Origin: Parvularculaceae bacterium
GTDB taxonomy: Bacteria; Pseudomonadota; Alphaproteobacteria; Caulobacterales; Parvularculaceae
Reading direction: 5' to 3'
DNA: 54,801 nucleotides
Assembly: GCA_020446725.1 (NCBI GenBank)
Contig: JAGRED010000198.1
Coordinates: 1 to 54,801, forward strand
A program made the translations under genes and the position numbers. Under the pieces are notes generated by a model. It worked only from the letters and a program-made list of their open reading frames with translations. It did no database searches and was not told where the DNA came from. Of the stretch, positions 1 to 10,322 are shown piece by piece; the stretch's first letter is position 1; every line of letters starts with the position of its first letter.

Positions 1-225
1 GGCGTCGACAACCCGGTCGAGGCGGTTGAGGATATCGTCACCGCAGCGATGAAACGCCGCGAGATCGCGCGCGGCGATGCGGGTTTCGTCGCCGGCATGA
101 CGCTCGGGCTCGTGCTGCAGACGGCCCTGCAAATTCATTACGGGCGTCTGAAGGGGCCATTGTCACAATACGCCGATACGCTTGTGACTGCGGCGCTCGC
201 CGTCATGCGACCGCTTTCCCGCTGA
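1..225 (+). CDS. 3' end of probable TetR/AcrR-family regulator (partial)
   Basis: Open frame 1 GVDNPVEAVEDIVTAAMKRREIARGD...AVMRPLSR*, a helical TetR-like C-terminus; stop lies 15 bp before plsC. Confidence 0.5.
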   Translation, partial: GVDNPVEAVEDIVTAAMKRREIARGDAGFVAGMTLGLVLQTALQIHYGRLKGPLSQYADTLVTAALAVMRPLSR

Positions 226-240
226 TCTGAAAGACAAACC

Positions 241-1017
241 ATGCGCAGCATTCTGTTCCAGATCGCCTATTGGCTGACATCCGTCTTTTTCGCCCTCGGC
301 GCGGCGCCGCTCATCCTCATCCCGAGCCGGAAGCCGCTCATGCTCTGGATCCTCGCCTATACGCGCCTTATGCAATTCTGGATGCGGATCATCGCCGGCG
401 TCAAAATCAGCGTTATCGGAAAAGAACGGCTGCCGGACGGGCCCTGCATCATCGCCGCGAAGCATCAAAGCTGGGGCGACGGCATTGTCATGTTCTCGCA
501 GTTTTACGACCTCGCCTTCGTCACCGGCGATCATCTTGAGAAATTTCCGCTGCTTGGCGGCATATTGCGGAAGATGGGCGCGATCGTCGTCGACAATTGC
601 GGCGGCGCCTACGCCCGCGCGCGGCTCGTCGACGATGAACTCGAAAAGGCGGCGCGCGTCGGCCGGCGCATTCTCATCTATCCCGAGGGCCATCTCGCTC
701 CCGTGGGCGAACGCTATCGCTACAAGAAGGGCGTCTATCACATGTATTCGGCCTATGGCTGCCCGGCCGTGCCGGTCGCCACCAATCTCGGCCGCTGCTG
801 GCCGCAGCAGGACTGGCGGCTTACGCCCGGCGAAGCGGTGATCGAATTCCTCGACCCCATCCCACCGGGGCTCGATAAGGAAAACTTCATGGCGCGCCTT
901 GAAGAAACGATCGAACGACGGTCATTGGAACTGATCGGACGCGACCCGCCGGCGACGCTTGCGCCTGCGCTGCCCGATCCGAAGCCGTCGAAGAAAGCCG
1001 CAGAGGGGGCGCGCTGA
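241..1017 (+). CDS. plsC: 1-acyl-sn-glycerol-3-phosphate (lysophospholipid) acyltransferase
   Basis: HQSWGD (HX4D) and IYPEGH acyltransferase motifs; PVATN. Confidence 0.85.
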   Translation: MRSILFQIAYWLTSVFFALGAAPLILIPSRKPLMLWILAYTRLMQFWMRIIAGVKISVIGKERLPDGPCIIAAKHQSWGDGIVMFSQFYDLAFVTGDHLEKFPLLGGILRKMGAIVVDNCGGAYARARLVDDELEKAARVGRRILIYPEGHLAPVGERYRYKKGVYHMYSAYGCPAVPVATNLGRCWPQQDWRLTPGEAVIEFLDPIPPGLDKENFMARLEETIERRSLELIGRDPPATLAPALPDPKPSKKAAEGAR

Positions 1018-1022
1018 CACCG

Positions 1023-2351
1023 ATGACGCATTCCCCGCCGCTTTTCGCGCAGCGTCGCTTCTGGCCGATGTGGGTCGCGCTGTCCTTCGGCACGTTTTCA
1101 GACAATGTGCTGCGCCAGTCGCTGCTGATCGGCGTCCCTTACGGCGTCATCGATGCGCCGGCGTTCGACAAGCCCGACAATGCGATGCCGTTCATCGGCG
1201 CGCTGTTGCCGATCGCCATCATGGTCTTTTCGCCGCTGTCGGGACAACTCGCCGACAAATACGAAACCTCGATGATGTTCAGGCGCACGAAATTCGCCGA
1301 AATAATCCTTATGCTGATCGCCGCCGCAGCGTTCATGAGCGGCGGCGGCGTTCTCGCCATCGCGATGCTGTTCGCAATGGGCGCGCAGTCGGCGTTCTTC
1401 TCCCCCGTCCGCACAAGCGCGATGCCGAAATATCTCGCTGCGGACGAGTTGGTGCGCGGCAACGGGCTCTGCAACGCAGGGCTCTATTCGTTCATCCTGA
1501 TCGGCTACATGGTCGGCGGCGCGCTGATCGTGCGCGAGGACGGGCGGATGCTGGTCGGCGCCGTGCTCGTCTCCGCCTCGACGATCGGCTGGCTTGCGGC
1601 CTTGCGAACCTTGCGCGCGGCGCCGAACGACCCCGACCTCAAGATCGACTTTAACTGGTTCGCCCAGATCGCCCGCATGGCGGGGTTCGTCAAATCCTCG
1701 CGCGGCGTCGCGCCGCCGCTATTCGGCGTCGCGGTGTTCTTTCTGCTTTCAACCGCCGTGACGGTGATCACGCCGCTTTACGCCCGCGATTCGCTGCAGG
1801 CCGACGCCTATGTCGCGACCGCGCTCAACGGCCTCTTCGCAATCGGCGCGGGGATCGGCGCGATTTTCGCAGCCGGCCTTGCGCGCGGCCGGTCGGGGCT
1901 CGGCTTTTCGACCGGATCGGTTTTCCTCGCCGGCATATTCGCTTTCCTCGTCGCGTTGCTGACGCCGGTCGCCGCGGGGTCGAAAGCCGACGTCTTCACC
2001 ATACGGGACCTGTTCATGACGGCGCCCGGACTGTTGCTCGTCTTTCTGTTCATCGGCACGTCAGCGTTAATGGGCGTCTACATCGCGCCTCTCCAGGCGG
2101 CCGTTCAGCGCCGCGCGCCGGCGCCCATTCGCGCCCGCATCATGGCGGCCGGGGTTTTCGCCAATGCGATCTTCGCCATTCCGGGATCGCTCTCGACCTT
2201 TGTCATAACGAATTCAGACGCCGATCCCGCGCTCGCCTTTTACGGGGTCGCGGCCGCCATGCTGGCGATCTCGGCGCTGATGTTGCATAGACGCCGGACC
2301 CTGCCTGAAGGCCTTTACGACGAAATGTTAAGGAAAAGGCCGGCTGACTGA
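1023..2351 (+). CDS. MFS transporter, LplT/Aas-associated type
   Basis: About 12 TM; RRFWPMW..FGTFSDN, GQLADKY, MGAQSAFFSP, ELVRGN resemble the MFS domain of Aas fusions. Confidence 0.8.
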   Translation: MTHSPPLFAQRRFWPMWVALSFGTFSDNVLRQSLLIGVPYGVIDAPAFDKPDNAMPFIGALLPIAIMVFSPLSGQLADKYETSMMFRRTKFAEIILMLIAAAAFMSGGGVLAIAMLFAMGAQSAFFSPVRTSAMPKYLAADELVRGNGLCNAGLYSFILIGYMVGGALIVREDGRMLVGAVLVSASTIGWLAALRTLRAAPNDPDLKIDFNWFAQIARMAGFVKSSRGVAPPLFGVAVFFLLSTAVTVITPLYARDSLQADAYVATALNGLFAIGAGIGAIFAAGLARGRSGLGFSTGSVFLAGIFAFLVALLTPVAAGSKADVFTIRDLFMTAPGLLLVFLFIGTSALMGVYIAPLQAAVQRRAPAPIRARIMAAGVFANAIFAIPGSLSTFVITNSDADPALAFYGVAAAMLAISALMLHRRRTLPEGLYDEMLRKRPAD

Positions 2352-2381
2352 CGAAAGCGTTTTCAGGGCTGTAGAAGCGAC

Positions 2382-3353
2382 ATGCGCATTTTGGTGACCG
2401 GGGCGGCTGGATTCATCGGCGCGGCGACCGCTGCCGCTCTCCTTGATCGCGGCGACGAGGTCGTCGGCGTCGACAATCTGAACGCCTATTACGCCGTCGC
2501 GTTGAAACGCGCGCGCCTTGACAGGCTGCGCGACCGCAAAGGGTTCGGCTTTCACGAGATCGACATCGCCGACGCCGACGCGCTCGACCGCGCCGCCGGC
2601 GGTCCCCTCGACGCGATCATTCACCTCGCGGCGCAGGCCGGCGTTCGCTATTCGATCGACAATCCGTTCGCTTATGAACATTCCAATCTGAAAGGCCACC
2701 TTTCGGTTCTTGAGCTTGGGCGCCGGCTTCAGGTTCCGCATGTCGTCTACGCCTCGTCATCGTCCGTATATGGCGCGAACGAGAAAACGCCCTTCGCGGA
2801 AGATGACCGCACCGATGCGCCGGTTTCCTTCTACGGCGCGACGAAGAAAGCCAATGAGGCGATGTCGGCGTCATACGCGCGGCTATATTCGATGCCGCTG
2901 ACGGGCCTGCGCTTCTTCACCGTTTACGGGCCGATGGGCCGGCCGGACATGGCGTATCTCATCTTCACGGAGAAGATGCTGAAGGGCGAGCCGATCGAGA
3001 TCTTCAATGAAGGACGGATGGGCCGCGATTTCACTTTCATCGACGACATCGTCGCCGGCGTTCTCGCCGCTGCGGCGCGCCCGCCGGGACCAGAAACCGC
3101 GTTTCACCGTCTCTACAATCTCGGCAATGACCGCCCCGAAGAACTGATGACGCTCGTCTCGCTGCTCGAAAAGGAGCTCGGGATCGAGGCGCGCAAAATC
3201 TACAAGGGCATGCAGAAGGGCGACGTCGAACGCACCTGGGCCGACATTTCACGGGCCCGCGCCGAGCTCGGCTATGACCCGAAAACGAGCCTTGCGGACG
3301 GGATCGCCAGGACGATCGCCTGGCGCAAGGGGCTTGAACGGCCGTTATACTGA
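2382..3353 (+). CDS. NAD-dependent epimerase (UDP-glucuronate 4-epimerase-like)
   Basis: GAAGFIG, HLAAQAGVRYS, YGATKK, RFFTVYGPMGRPDMA. Confidence 0.9.
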   Translation: MRILVTGAAGFIGAATAAALLDRGDEVVGVDNLNAYYAVALKRARLDRLRDRKGFGFHEIDIADADALDRAAGGPLDAIIHLAAQAGVRYSIDNPFAYEHSNLKGHLSVLELGRRLQVPHVVYASSSSVYGANEKTPFAEDDRTDAPVSFYGATKKANEAMSASYARLYSMPLTGLRFFTVYGPMGRPDMAYLIFTEKMLKGEPIEIFNEGRMGRDFTFIDDIVAGVLAAAARPPGPETAFHRLYNLGNDRPEELMTLVSLLEKELGIEARKIYKGMQKGDVERTWADISRARAELGYDPKTSLADGIARTIAWRKGLERPLY

Positions 3354-3423
3354 CCCGCGTCGCGCGGATTCCCACCGATGGAACAACCCCTTACGCGATC
3401 GCTCCGCGACTGTGGGAATTTCG

Positions 3424-3439
3424 TTAACGCGTCGTCAAC
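3424..3439. promoter_or_regulatory. near-consensus CtrA box
   Basis: TTAA-cgcgtcg-TCAAC (1 mismatch) about 25 bp upstream of the ATG at 3463; GATTC follows at 3443. Confidence 0.45.
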
Positions 3440-3462
3440 GACGATTCGCTAACTTTTCGGCT

Positions 3463-3969
3463 ATGGGACTGACGCTGCTCATCCTGGCGACCTGCCTCAT
3501 CTTCGGCGCGATCGCGTATTTCGCGGCGCGCGGCCCCCTGCCCGTGCCCGATATTCGCGAGGCGATCCGCAAGACCGAGCCGAAACGCTTTTCGCCCCGG
3601 AACACGCTTTTCATCATCGGCCCGTCCGCCAATCACAATCCCTGCCGCATGCAGCGCCGCCTTCTGAAGCCGGCGATCGCAGCGCTCATCCGCGACGACG
3701 TGTCAGTGATCGAAGTCTACGGTCAGACGAAGCCGACGATGAACGGCGAGCCGATCGACTGGCTCGACGCATCATTGCTGCGGCATGCGATGGACGCGGA
3801 AGAAGGATTTTTCGTCATCTATGTCGATGATGACGGAAAGACCGCATTCCGGTCGGAAGCTCCGATGCTCGCGCGCGACATCATGGAACGCGCAAGGCTC
3901 ACCGGCGAGATCGGCCCTGGCGACGGACGGAAGAGATCGTCCGTCCTGAAAAAGCTGCGCGCGGCATAA
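3463..3969 (+). CDS. membrane-anchored DUF4174-like protein
   Basis: N-terminal TM (MGLTLLILATCLIFGAIAYF); FFVIYVDDDGK resembles the DUF4174 thioredoxin-like segment; start moved to ATG 3463. Confidence 0.55.
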   Translation: MGLTLLILATCLIFGAIAYFAARGPLPVPDIREAIRKTEPKRFSPRNTLFIIGPSANHNPCRMQRRLLKPAIAALIRDDVSVIEVYGQTKPTMNGEPIDWLDASLLRHAMDAEEGFFVIYVDDDGKTAFRSEAPMLARDIMERARLTGEIGPGDGRKRSSVLKKLRAA

Positions 3970-3972
3970 GGC

Positions 3973-5220
3973 TTACTTCGCTTCCTTTTTCAAGGCCGCC
4001 GCCGTCTTCTCGACGTCGGCGAGAACGCGCAAGAGATTGCCGCTCCAGATTTTCGCGATATCTTCTTCCGAATAGCCGCGCTTCACAAGCTCGCGCGTGA
4101 CGTTCAGCGTTTCCGACGCATCCTCCCAACCGACAATGCCGCCGCCGCCGTCGAAATCCGATGCGATGCCGACATGATCGATCCCGGCGACTTTGACGGC
4201 GTGATCGATGTGATTGACGAAATCGACGACGCTCGCGCGCGGCTCGATATCCCAGACGCCTTCCATGCGCTTTTCATAATCGGCCTGAAGCTCGGCGCTC
4301 GCCGCGGCGCGCTTTTCCGCCGTGTCGAGCCCCATCTCCTTGCGGAGATTTTCCTGAAACGCTTTCTGCGCATCATTGTAAGGCTTCACATAGACGTCGA
4401 GCGCGACGATCTGCGCGACGCCGCCATTCGCAGCGAGCGCGCGCAATTGTTCGTCGTCGAGATTGCGCGGGCTGTCGGCGATCGCCTTCACGCCGGAATG
4501 CGAGGCGATGATCGGCGCTTTTGAAAGCTCAACCGCCTGCATCATCGTCTTGCGGCCCGCATGGCTGACATCGACCATGATCCCGGCGCGGTTCAGCATC
4601 GCGACGAGATCGCGGCCGACGGGGGAAAGCCCGCCCCATTTTTCTTCCGGATCGCCCGCCTCGACATCAGGGTTCGAAGAGTCGCCGAACTGATTGTGCC
4701 CGAAATGGGTGATGCCCGCATAACGAATGCCCGCCGCGGCGAGCCCATCAATATCGGCTTGCGACGGCGAGGGCCCGAGCGGATAGGCGTTCTCCATGCC
4801 GATGAACGCGATCTTGCGCCCCGACCGTGCAATCTTGCGCGCGTCCGCAGCGCTCTGCGCAAGCGTCACCTGCGCCGGATAGGCGCTGGCGAAACGGTGG
4901 ATCGCCGCGAGCTTCGAGAAGGCGATGTCATGCCCTTTTTTGAAGTCTTCCGGCGTCAACGGCCCGTGCGGCGTGTATACGATGAAGAACGCCGCATCGA
5001 GACCGCCGGCGCGCATTTTCGGAAGATCGACCTGGCTTTTCGTGAAGCCGCCGGGATCGGTTCCCGCCGTCGCGAAATCGTCGGGAATGTCGACATGCGT
5101 GTCGAGCGCGATGACCCTGTCATGAATGGCGCGCGCTTTCGCCTCAAGCGCAGGATCCGACAAAGGCGCGGCGAGCGCGGATGACAATAAAAAAGGCAGG
5201 GTGACAATAACGGTTCGCAT
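3973..5220 (-). CDS. secreted membrane dipeptidase (peptidase M19)
   Basis: Signal peptide; DTHVD, GMEN, VDVSH, IASHS, HVGIASDFDGGG; AAGGAG RBS before ATG 5220. Confidence 0.9.
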   Translation of the reverse strand: MRTVIVTLPFLLSSALAAPLSDPALEAKARAIHDRVIALDTHVDIPDDFATAGTDPGGFTKSQVDLPKMRAGGLDAAFFIVYTPHGPLTPEDFKKGHDIAFSKLAAIHRFASAYPAQVTLAQSAADARKIARSGRKIAFIGMENAYPLGPSPSQADIDGLAAAGIRYAGITHFGHNQFGDSSNPDVEAGDPEEKWGGLSPVGRDLVAMLNRAGIMVDVSHAGRKTMMQAVELSKAPIIASHSGVKAIADSPRNLDDEQLRALAANGGVAQIVALDVYVKPYNDAQKAFQENLRKEMGLDTAEKRAAASAELQADYEKRMEGVWDIEPRASVVDFVNHIDHAVKVAGIDHVGIASDFDGGGGIVGWEDASETLNVTRELVKRGYSEEDIAKIWSGNLLRVLADVEKTAAALKKEAK

Positions 5221-5289
5221 GTGATGCTCCTTATCCGAATTTTCAGTCACCGCCCGCGCCGGCTTTCACCGGAATGAACGGTGTTTTTC

Positions 5290-6774
5290 CTACGCATTCT
5301 TATCAGCCAGCACGCGTTTCACTTCGTCGACAAGCTTTTCGCGCGCGACGCTGGTCTGCGCCGGTTGCGACTCCCGCCATTCCGTGTTGTCCTCAATCTT
5401 CTTGGAGAGTTCCTTGCCGAGGACGAGATCCTTGATCGTCACTTCGCCTTTCGCGTGCTCGTCCTCGCCGCAGATGATTGCGACGGGCGCGGCGCGCTTG
5501 TCCGCGTATTTCATCTGCTTGGCGAAATTCGATCCGCCGAGATAGACCTCGGCGCGCAGGCCCGCCGCGCGCAACTCCGCCGCCATCGCCTGATAGGCCG
5601 CCATCTGACCGTCTTCGAGGGCGAGAATGACGACGGGTCCCGTCGCCTCAGAGACAGCGCCGCGTTTCAGCTCAAGCGCCGCAAGCAATCTCGAAACGCC
5701 GACGGAAATCCCGACGGCCGGAACCTCGACACCCTTGAAGCGCTTTACGAGGCCGTCATAGCGCCCGCCGCCGCCGACAGAGCCGACGCGAACAGGACGG
5801 CCTTTTTCGTCGAGCGTTTCAAAAGTGAGATCCGCTTCGAACACCGTCCCCGTGTAATATTCGAGCCCGCGAATGATCGAGAGATCGATTGCAACGGAAT
5901 TCCTGTAACGATCGGACATTTGCCGATCAATCGACGCCAGCTGGTCAACGCCCTCCGCGCCGCTCGGCGTGTCGCCGAGCACGCCGGCGATTTTCGACAG
6001 CGTCGCCGCGCTGTCGCGCGCGACGGTCGATGAAAGGAACGCGATCACCGAATCGATATTCGCGTCGCTGAGCCCGACGCCTTTGGTGAAATCGCCGCTT
6101 TCATCCTTTCGTCCGGGTCCCAACAATTGCCGGACCCCCGCCGCGCCGAGGCGGTCGAACTTGTCCATCGAGCGCATCACGTCGAGACGCGTCTCGCCCT
6201 GGCCGTCACCCGCAAGCCCGAGCTTTTCAAAAAGACCATCGACGATCTTGCGGCTTGAAACGCGAATGACGAAATCGCCGGGGGGAACGCCCGCCGCCTC
6301 GATCACGTCCGCGAACAGCATGCACATTTCCGCGTCGGCGTGCGGCGCGGGCGCGCCGACCGTGTCGGCGTCGCATTGCGTGAACTGGCGATAACGTCCG
6401 GGGCCCGGCTTTTCATTGCGCCAGACCGGGCCGACGGCGTAACGGCGAAAGGGCTTCGGCAGCGCGTCGTAATTTTCAGCGACATAACGCGCAAGCGGCG
6501 CCGTCAGGTCGTAGCGAAGGCTCATCCACTGATCGTCATCGTCCTGCAGCGAGAAAACGCCCTGGTTCGGACGATCGACGTCGGGCAGGAATTTGCCGAG
6601 CGCGTCGGTGTATTCAAAGGCCGGAGTTTCGAGCGGATCGAAGCCGTAAGACTCGTAGACGGCGGAAATGCGCGCCAGCATTTCCCGCTCGGCGGCGATT
6701 TCGGGTCCGAGCCGGTCGCGAAACCCCCGCGGAACGCGCGCCTTCGGTCTGTGCGGTTTGTCTTTTTTGGCCAT
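5290..6774 (-). CDS. hisS: histidine--tRNA ligase
   Basis: LRYDLTAPLAR, WRNEKPGPGRYRQFTQCDAD, RGLEYYTG, GGGRYDGL. Confidence 0.97.
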   Translation of the reverse strand: MAKKDKPHRPKARVPRGFRDRLGPEIAAEREMLARISAVYESYGFDPLETPAFEYTDALGKFLPDVDRPNQGVFSLQDDDDQWMSLRYDLTAPLARYVAENYDALPKPFRRYAVGPVWRNEKPGPGRYRQFTQCDADTVGAPAPHADAEMCMLFADVIEAAGVPPGDFVIRVSSRKIVDGLFEKLGLAGDGQGETRLDVMRSMDKFDRLGAAGVRQLLGPGRKDESGDFTKGVGLSDANIDSVIAFLSSTVARDSAATLSKIAGVLGDTPSGAEGVDQLASIDRQMSDRYRNSVAIDLSIIRGLEYYTGTVFEADLTFETLDEKGRPVRVGSVGGGGRYDGLVKRFKGVEVPAVGISVGVSRLLAALELKRGAVSEATGPVVILALEDGQMAAYQAMAAELRAAGLRAEVYLGGSNFAKQMKYADKRAAPVAIICGEDEHAKGEVTIKDLVLGKELSKKIEDNTEWRESQPAQTSVAREKLVDEVKRVLADKNA

Positions 6775-6832
6775 CGCGGCGGGATAGCCGAAGGCGCCGC
6801 CGCGCGCAACGCGCGCCGGCGCCCGATGAACG

Positions 6833-7663
6833 CTATTCAGGCTTCACGAATTTCAGGGTCATGCGATCCGATTCGCCGACGGCGAGATATCGGTCGCGAT
6901 CGTTTTCCCCATCCGCAAGGACCGGCGGCAAGGTCCACACGCCTTTCTCATAATTCTTTTCATCGCGCGGATTCGCGTTCAGCTCCGACCGGCCTGCGAG
7001 CTTGAAACCGGCCGCTTCCGCAAGCGCGATGACGCGCGCCTCGGAGACATAGCCGTTCGCCGCTTTCGGGTCCTCATTCGCCGGATCGCTCCAGCGGTGA
7101 TCGACAAGCCCGAGAACGCCTCCCGGCTTCAGCGCATCGTAAAACGCCTTGAAGGCGAGCGGCGCGAAATGTCCGTCCGGATAAAGATCGCTCACCCAAT
7201 TATGGGCGTTGCGGAAGGTGACGACCATGTCGACCGATCCGGGCTCGGCGATTTTGAGATCATACGGATAGCCGAACGTCGTCACCGCGACATCGCGATA
7301 AATATCGGGTTTCTGCCCCAGCATGGTGAGATAGGCGCCGAGGCCGCGGCGCTGATAGCCGTACGGCGCGTTGACGCTGAACTGCGCCGCGACGAATTCG
7401 CCGCGATCTTTCAGCGCCGGCGCCAGAATTTCCGAATACCACCCCGTTCCCGGCCAGATCTCGACGACGGTCATGTCAGACCGCAAGCCGAAGAACGCGA
7501 GCGTTTCCTTCGGATGCCGAAATTGGTCGCGCGCGCGATTTTCGTCGCTGCGATGCTCGCCGGCGATTGCGGCGTCGAGCGCAGCCTCCGTCTTCTTGTC
7601 GAGCTTTTGAGCATGCGCGGCGCCCGCCATCGCAAGGCAGGCCGCAAGAATTCTGATCATCAT
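6833..7663 (-). CDS. exported class I SAM-dependent methyltransferase-like protein (COG4798-type)
   Basis: Signal peptide (AGAAHA); RDQFRHPKETL, VVEIWPGTGWY, TFRNAHNW, LKPGG, GESDRM. Confidence 0.8.
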   Translation of the reverse strand: MMIRILAACLAMAGAAHAQKLDKKTEAALDAAIAGEHRSDENRARDQFRHPKETLAFFGLRSDMTVVEIWPGTGWYSEILAPALKDRGEFVAAQFSVNAPYGYQRRGLGAYLTMLGQKPDIYRDVAVTTFGYPYDLKIAEPGSVDMVVTFRNAHNWVSDLYPDGHFAPLAFKAFYDALKPGGVLGLVDHRWSDPANEDPKAANGYVSEARVIALAEAAGFKLAGRSELNANPRDEKNYEKGVWTLPPVLADGENDRDRYLAVGESDRMTLKFVKPE

Positions 7664-7797
7664 TCGCCCCTCCGGCAATTGGGTCGCCCTCATCATGGGG
7701 CTTAGACAACCGGTATGGGCGAAAGCGCAAAGGCGCCTAAATGACAATCCCGTGATGCGCGCGCATGATGCGCGCATGAACAAGGCGAATTGAGCGA

Positions 7798-8541
7798 TCA
7801 ATCCCTGATGATGTCGATGCGGCTGACGGTGACGGTCTCCAGCGGCACTTCGGCGGGAAACGGCCCGCCGGCGCCGGTGCGCAAGGCGCCGATCGCATCG
7901 GCGACGTCCATTCCCTCGACAACACGGCCGAAAACCGCATAGCCGTAGCGCGGCCCGAGATCGTTGACGAAGTGATCGAGCTGATCATTGTTGTCGCGCA
8001 GATTGACATACCACTGCGCCGCCGCGCTGTTGGGGTTCATCGTGCGCGCCATGGCGAGGGTCGTGCGATAATTGCCGAGACCGTTATCGCCCTCATAGGG
8101 AACAGGGTCGCGGGTCGGACGTTCGCTCCAGTACTTGTTGTAGCCGCCGCCCTGAATGACGAAACCCTGAACGACACGATGAAAAATCAGCCGGTCGTAA
8201 TGGCCGTCCTCGGCGTATTGGACGAAATTGGCGACCGTCTTCGGCGCCTGGTCCGGATAAAGATCGACCAGCATGTCGCCTTTTGAGGTGACGATCTTTG
8301 CGTGCAGCGTCGTCGCGGGCCAGTCGATGCTGTCGGCTCTGGTTTCAATCGGCGCCGCCGGCGTCGTACTTTCCTCAGCAGGCGTCGCATCTTCCGCTGG
8401 CGCCGTTTGCTCGGCGTCATATTCCGCGGCGTTCTCAGCCGCGCTCTCAGCCGCGGAGGGAACTGCCGGCTCCGCTTCGCGGCGGCCGCAGGCGGCGAGC
8501 GACAGGCCGCACAAAGCAAGGATGATCGCGGTTTTCCTCAT
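7798..8541 (-). CDS. cyclophilin-type peptidyl-prolyl isomerase, lipoprotein
   Basis: Lipobox LAAC; FHRVVQGFVIQGGG, LAMART, YAVFGRVVEG. Confidence 0.9.
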   Translation of the reverse strand: MRKTAIILALCGLSLAACGRREAEPAVPSAAESAAENAAEYDAEQTAPAEDATPAEESTTPAAPIETRADSIDWPATTLHAKIVTSKGDMLVDLYPDQAPKTVANFVQYAEDGHYDRLIFHRVVQGFVIQGGGYNKYWSERPTRDPVPYEGDNGLGNYRTTLAMARTMNPNSAAAQWYVNLRDNNDQLDHFVNDLGPRYGYAVFGRVVEGMDVADAIGALRTGAGGPFPAEVPLETVTVSRIDIIRD

Positions 8542-8542
8542 T

Positions 8543-10210
8543 CTATTCCTCCTTCGCGGCGCGCAGCGCATTGATCCTCTCGATCAACCGCCGCGTCGAT
8601 CCATCATGAGCAGTCGGGGGCGATTTCTTTTCGCCAAGACGCGCAATCTCGGGAAGGATGTCTTTCGCCAGCGCCTTGCCGAGTTCAACGCCCCACTGGT
8701 CGAAGGAGTTGATCCCCCAGATGACGCCCTGACAAAAGACCTTGTGTTCGTAAAGCGCAACAAGCGCGCCAAGCGTTTCCGGCGTCAGCCGCTCCATCAG
8801 GATCGAATTGGTCGGCCGGTCGCCCGGGAAGACCTTGTGCGGGGCGAGCGCATTCGCCGCGGCGGCGGAAAGACCGCTCGCGGAGAGTTCGGCCCGCGCC
8901 TCAGCCTCGCTCTTGCCGAGCATCAGCGCTTCCGTCTGCGCCAGGAAATTCGCGAGCAGCTTTTCATGATGATCGCCGAGGGGCGAGGCTGATTTCGCCG
9001 CAGCGAGAAAATCGCAGGCGATAACATCCGTTCCCTGATGAATGAGCTGGTAAAAAGCGTGCTGGCCGTTCGTGCCGGGTTCGCCGAAAAGGACCGGCCC
9101 GGTCGCGCAAGCGACGGACGCGCCCGCCTTTGTCACCGACTTGCCGTTCGATTCCATGTCGAGCTGCTGAAGATAGGCCGGCAGGCGATGGAGGTGCTGG
9201 TCATAGGGCAGAACCGCATGCGCGGCGGCGCCCTCGAAATTGCGGTTCCAGATTCCGATAAGGGCGAGCAGCGCCGGCATGTTCCGCGCCAGCGGCGCCG
9301 ATCGAAAATGCTCATCCATCCGGTGCGCGCCCTTGAGCATCGCCTCAAACGCGTCCCAACCGCATTGAAGCGCGATAGAAAGACCGATCGCCGACCACAT
9401 CGAATAGCGCCCGCCGACCCAGTCCCAGAACTGGAACATGTTCTCCGGCGCGATGCCGAACGCCGTCACCGCCTTTTCATTCGTCGACAGGGCGATGAAA
9501 TGGCTGGCGACATCTTTCTCGGCGCCGCCTTGTTTGAGAAACCACGCCCGCGCGCTTTGCGCATTCGTCATCGTTTCCTGCGTCGTGAAGGTCTTCGACG
9601 CGACGATGAAAAGCGTTGTCGCCGGATCGACCGCTTCAAGCGTATCGGCGAGATGCTGGCCGTCGACATTGGAAACGAAAAAGGCGCGCTTGCCCTTCAG
9701 CCAATAGGGGCGCAGCGCCTCGACCGCCATCAGGGGGCCGAGATCGGAGCCGCCAATGCCGATATTGACGATCGTATCGAGCGGCGCGCCGGAAAAACCC
9801 TTGAGCGCGCCCGTCTCAAATTTCCGCGCGAAAGCCGCCATCCGGACGCGCTCGGCGGCGATGCGCGGCGCGACATCGGCGCCGTCGACCTGATAGGCTC
9901 GGCCGGAAAAATCGCGCAGCGCGACATGGAGGACGGCGCGATCCTCCGTCGTGTTGATCTTCTCGCCGGAAACCATGGCGCGGATCGCGCTCTCAAGGCC
10001 GGCGGCGCCGGCGAGGTCGAGAAGCGCGGCGCGCGCATCGGCGGAAAGCCTGTTTTTCGAATAGTCGAGAAAAAGCCCCGCCGCCTCGACCGAAAACGCC
10101 GCGGCGCGTTCAGGGCCCGCATTGAAAAGATCGATGGTCCGCGTCTTGCGCAGCCCCGCCTGAAGCGTTTCAAGGCGGGCCCACGCCGCGCTTTTGGTGA
10201 TGTCGATCAT
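8543..10210 (-). CDS. pgi: glucose-6-phosphate isomerase
   Basis: [43 protein letters not shown]. Confidence 0.98.
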   Translation of the reverse strand: MIDITKSAAWARLETLQAGLRKTRTIDLFNAGPERAAAFSVEAAGLFLDYSKNRLSADARAALLDLAGAAGLESAIRAMVSGEKINTTEDRAVLHVALRDFSGRAYQVDGADVAPRIAAERVRMAAFARKFETGALKGFSGAPLDTIVNIGIGGSDLGPLMAVEALRPYWLKGKRAFFVSNVDGQHLADTLEAVDPATTLFIVASKTFTTQETMTNAQSARAWFLKQGGAEKDVASHFIALSTNEKAVTAFGIAPENMFQFWDWVGGRYSMWSAIGLSIALQCGWDAFEAMLKGAHRMDEHFRSAPLARNMPALLALIGIWNRNFEGAAAHAVLPYDQHLHRLPAYLQQLDMESNGKSVTKAGASVACATGPVLFGEPGTNGQHAFYQLIHQGTDVIACDFLAAAKSASPLGDHHEKLLANFLAQTEALMLGKSEAEARAELSASGLSAAAANALAPHKVFPGDRPTNSILMERLTPETLGALVALYEHKVFCQGVIWGINSFDQWGVELGKALAKDILPEIARLGEKKSPPTAHDGSTRRLIERINALRAAKEE

Positions 10211-10322
10211 CGCCCCTCATTAACCTTAAGCGATCATGTCGCTTACGCGATCCGGGCAAGTGATATGGATTTTAGGCAAGCGCCTCAACGGATTTTAATG
10301 TTGGCCATGTAAAGGGTGACCC

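Noticed and set aside
9038-10312. 424-aa ORF antisense to pgi, and similar shadows over hisS, ETF-QO, sapC and cpaE
   Set aside because: High-GC antisense frames without recognisable domains
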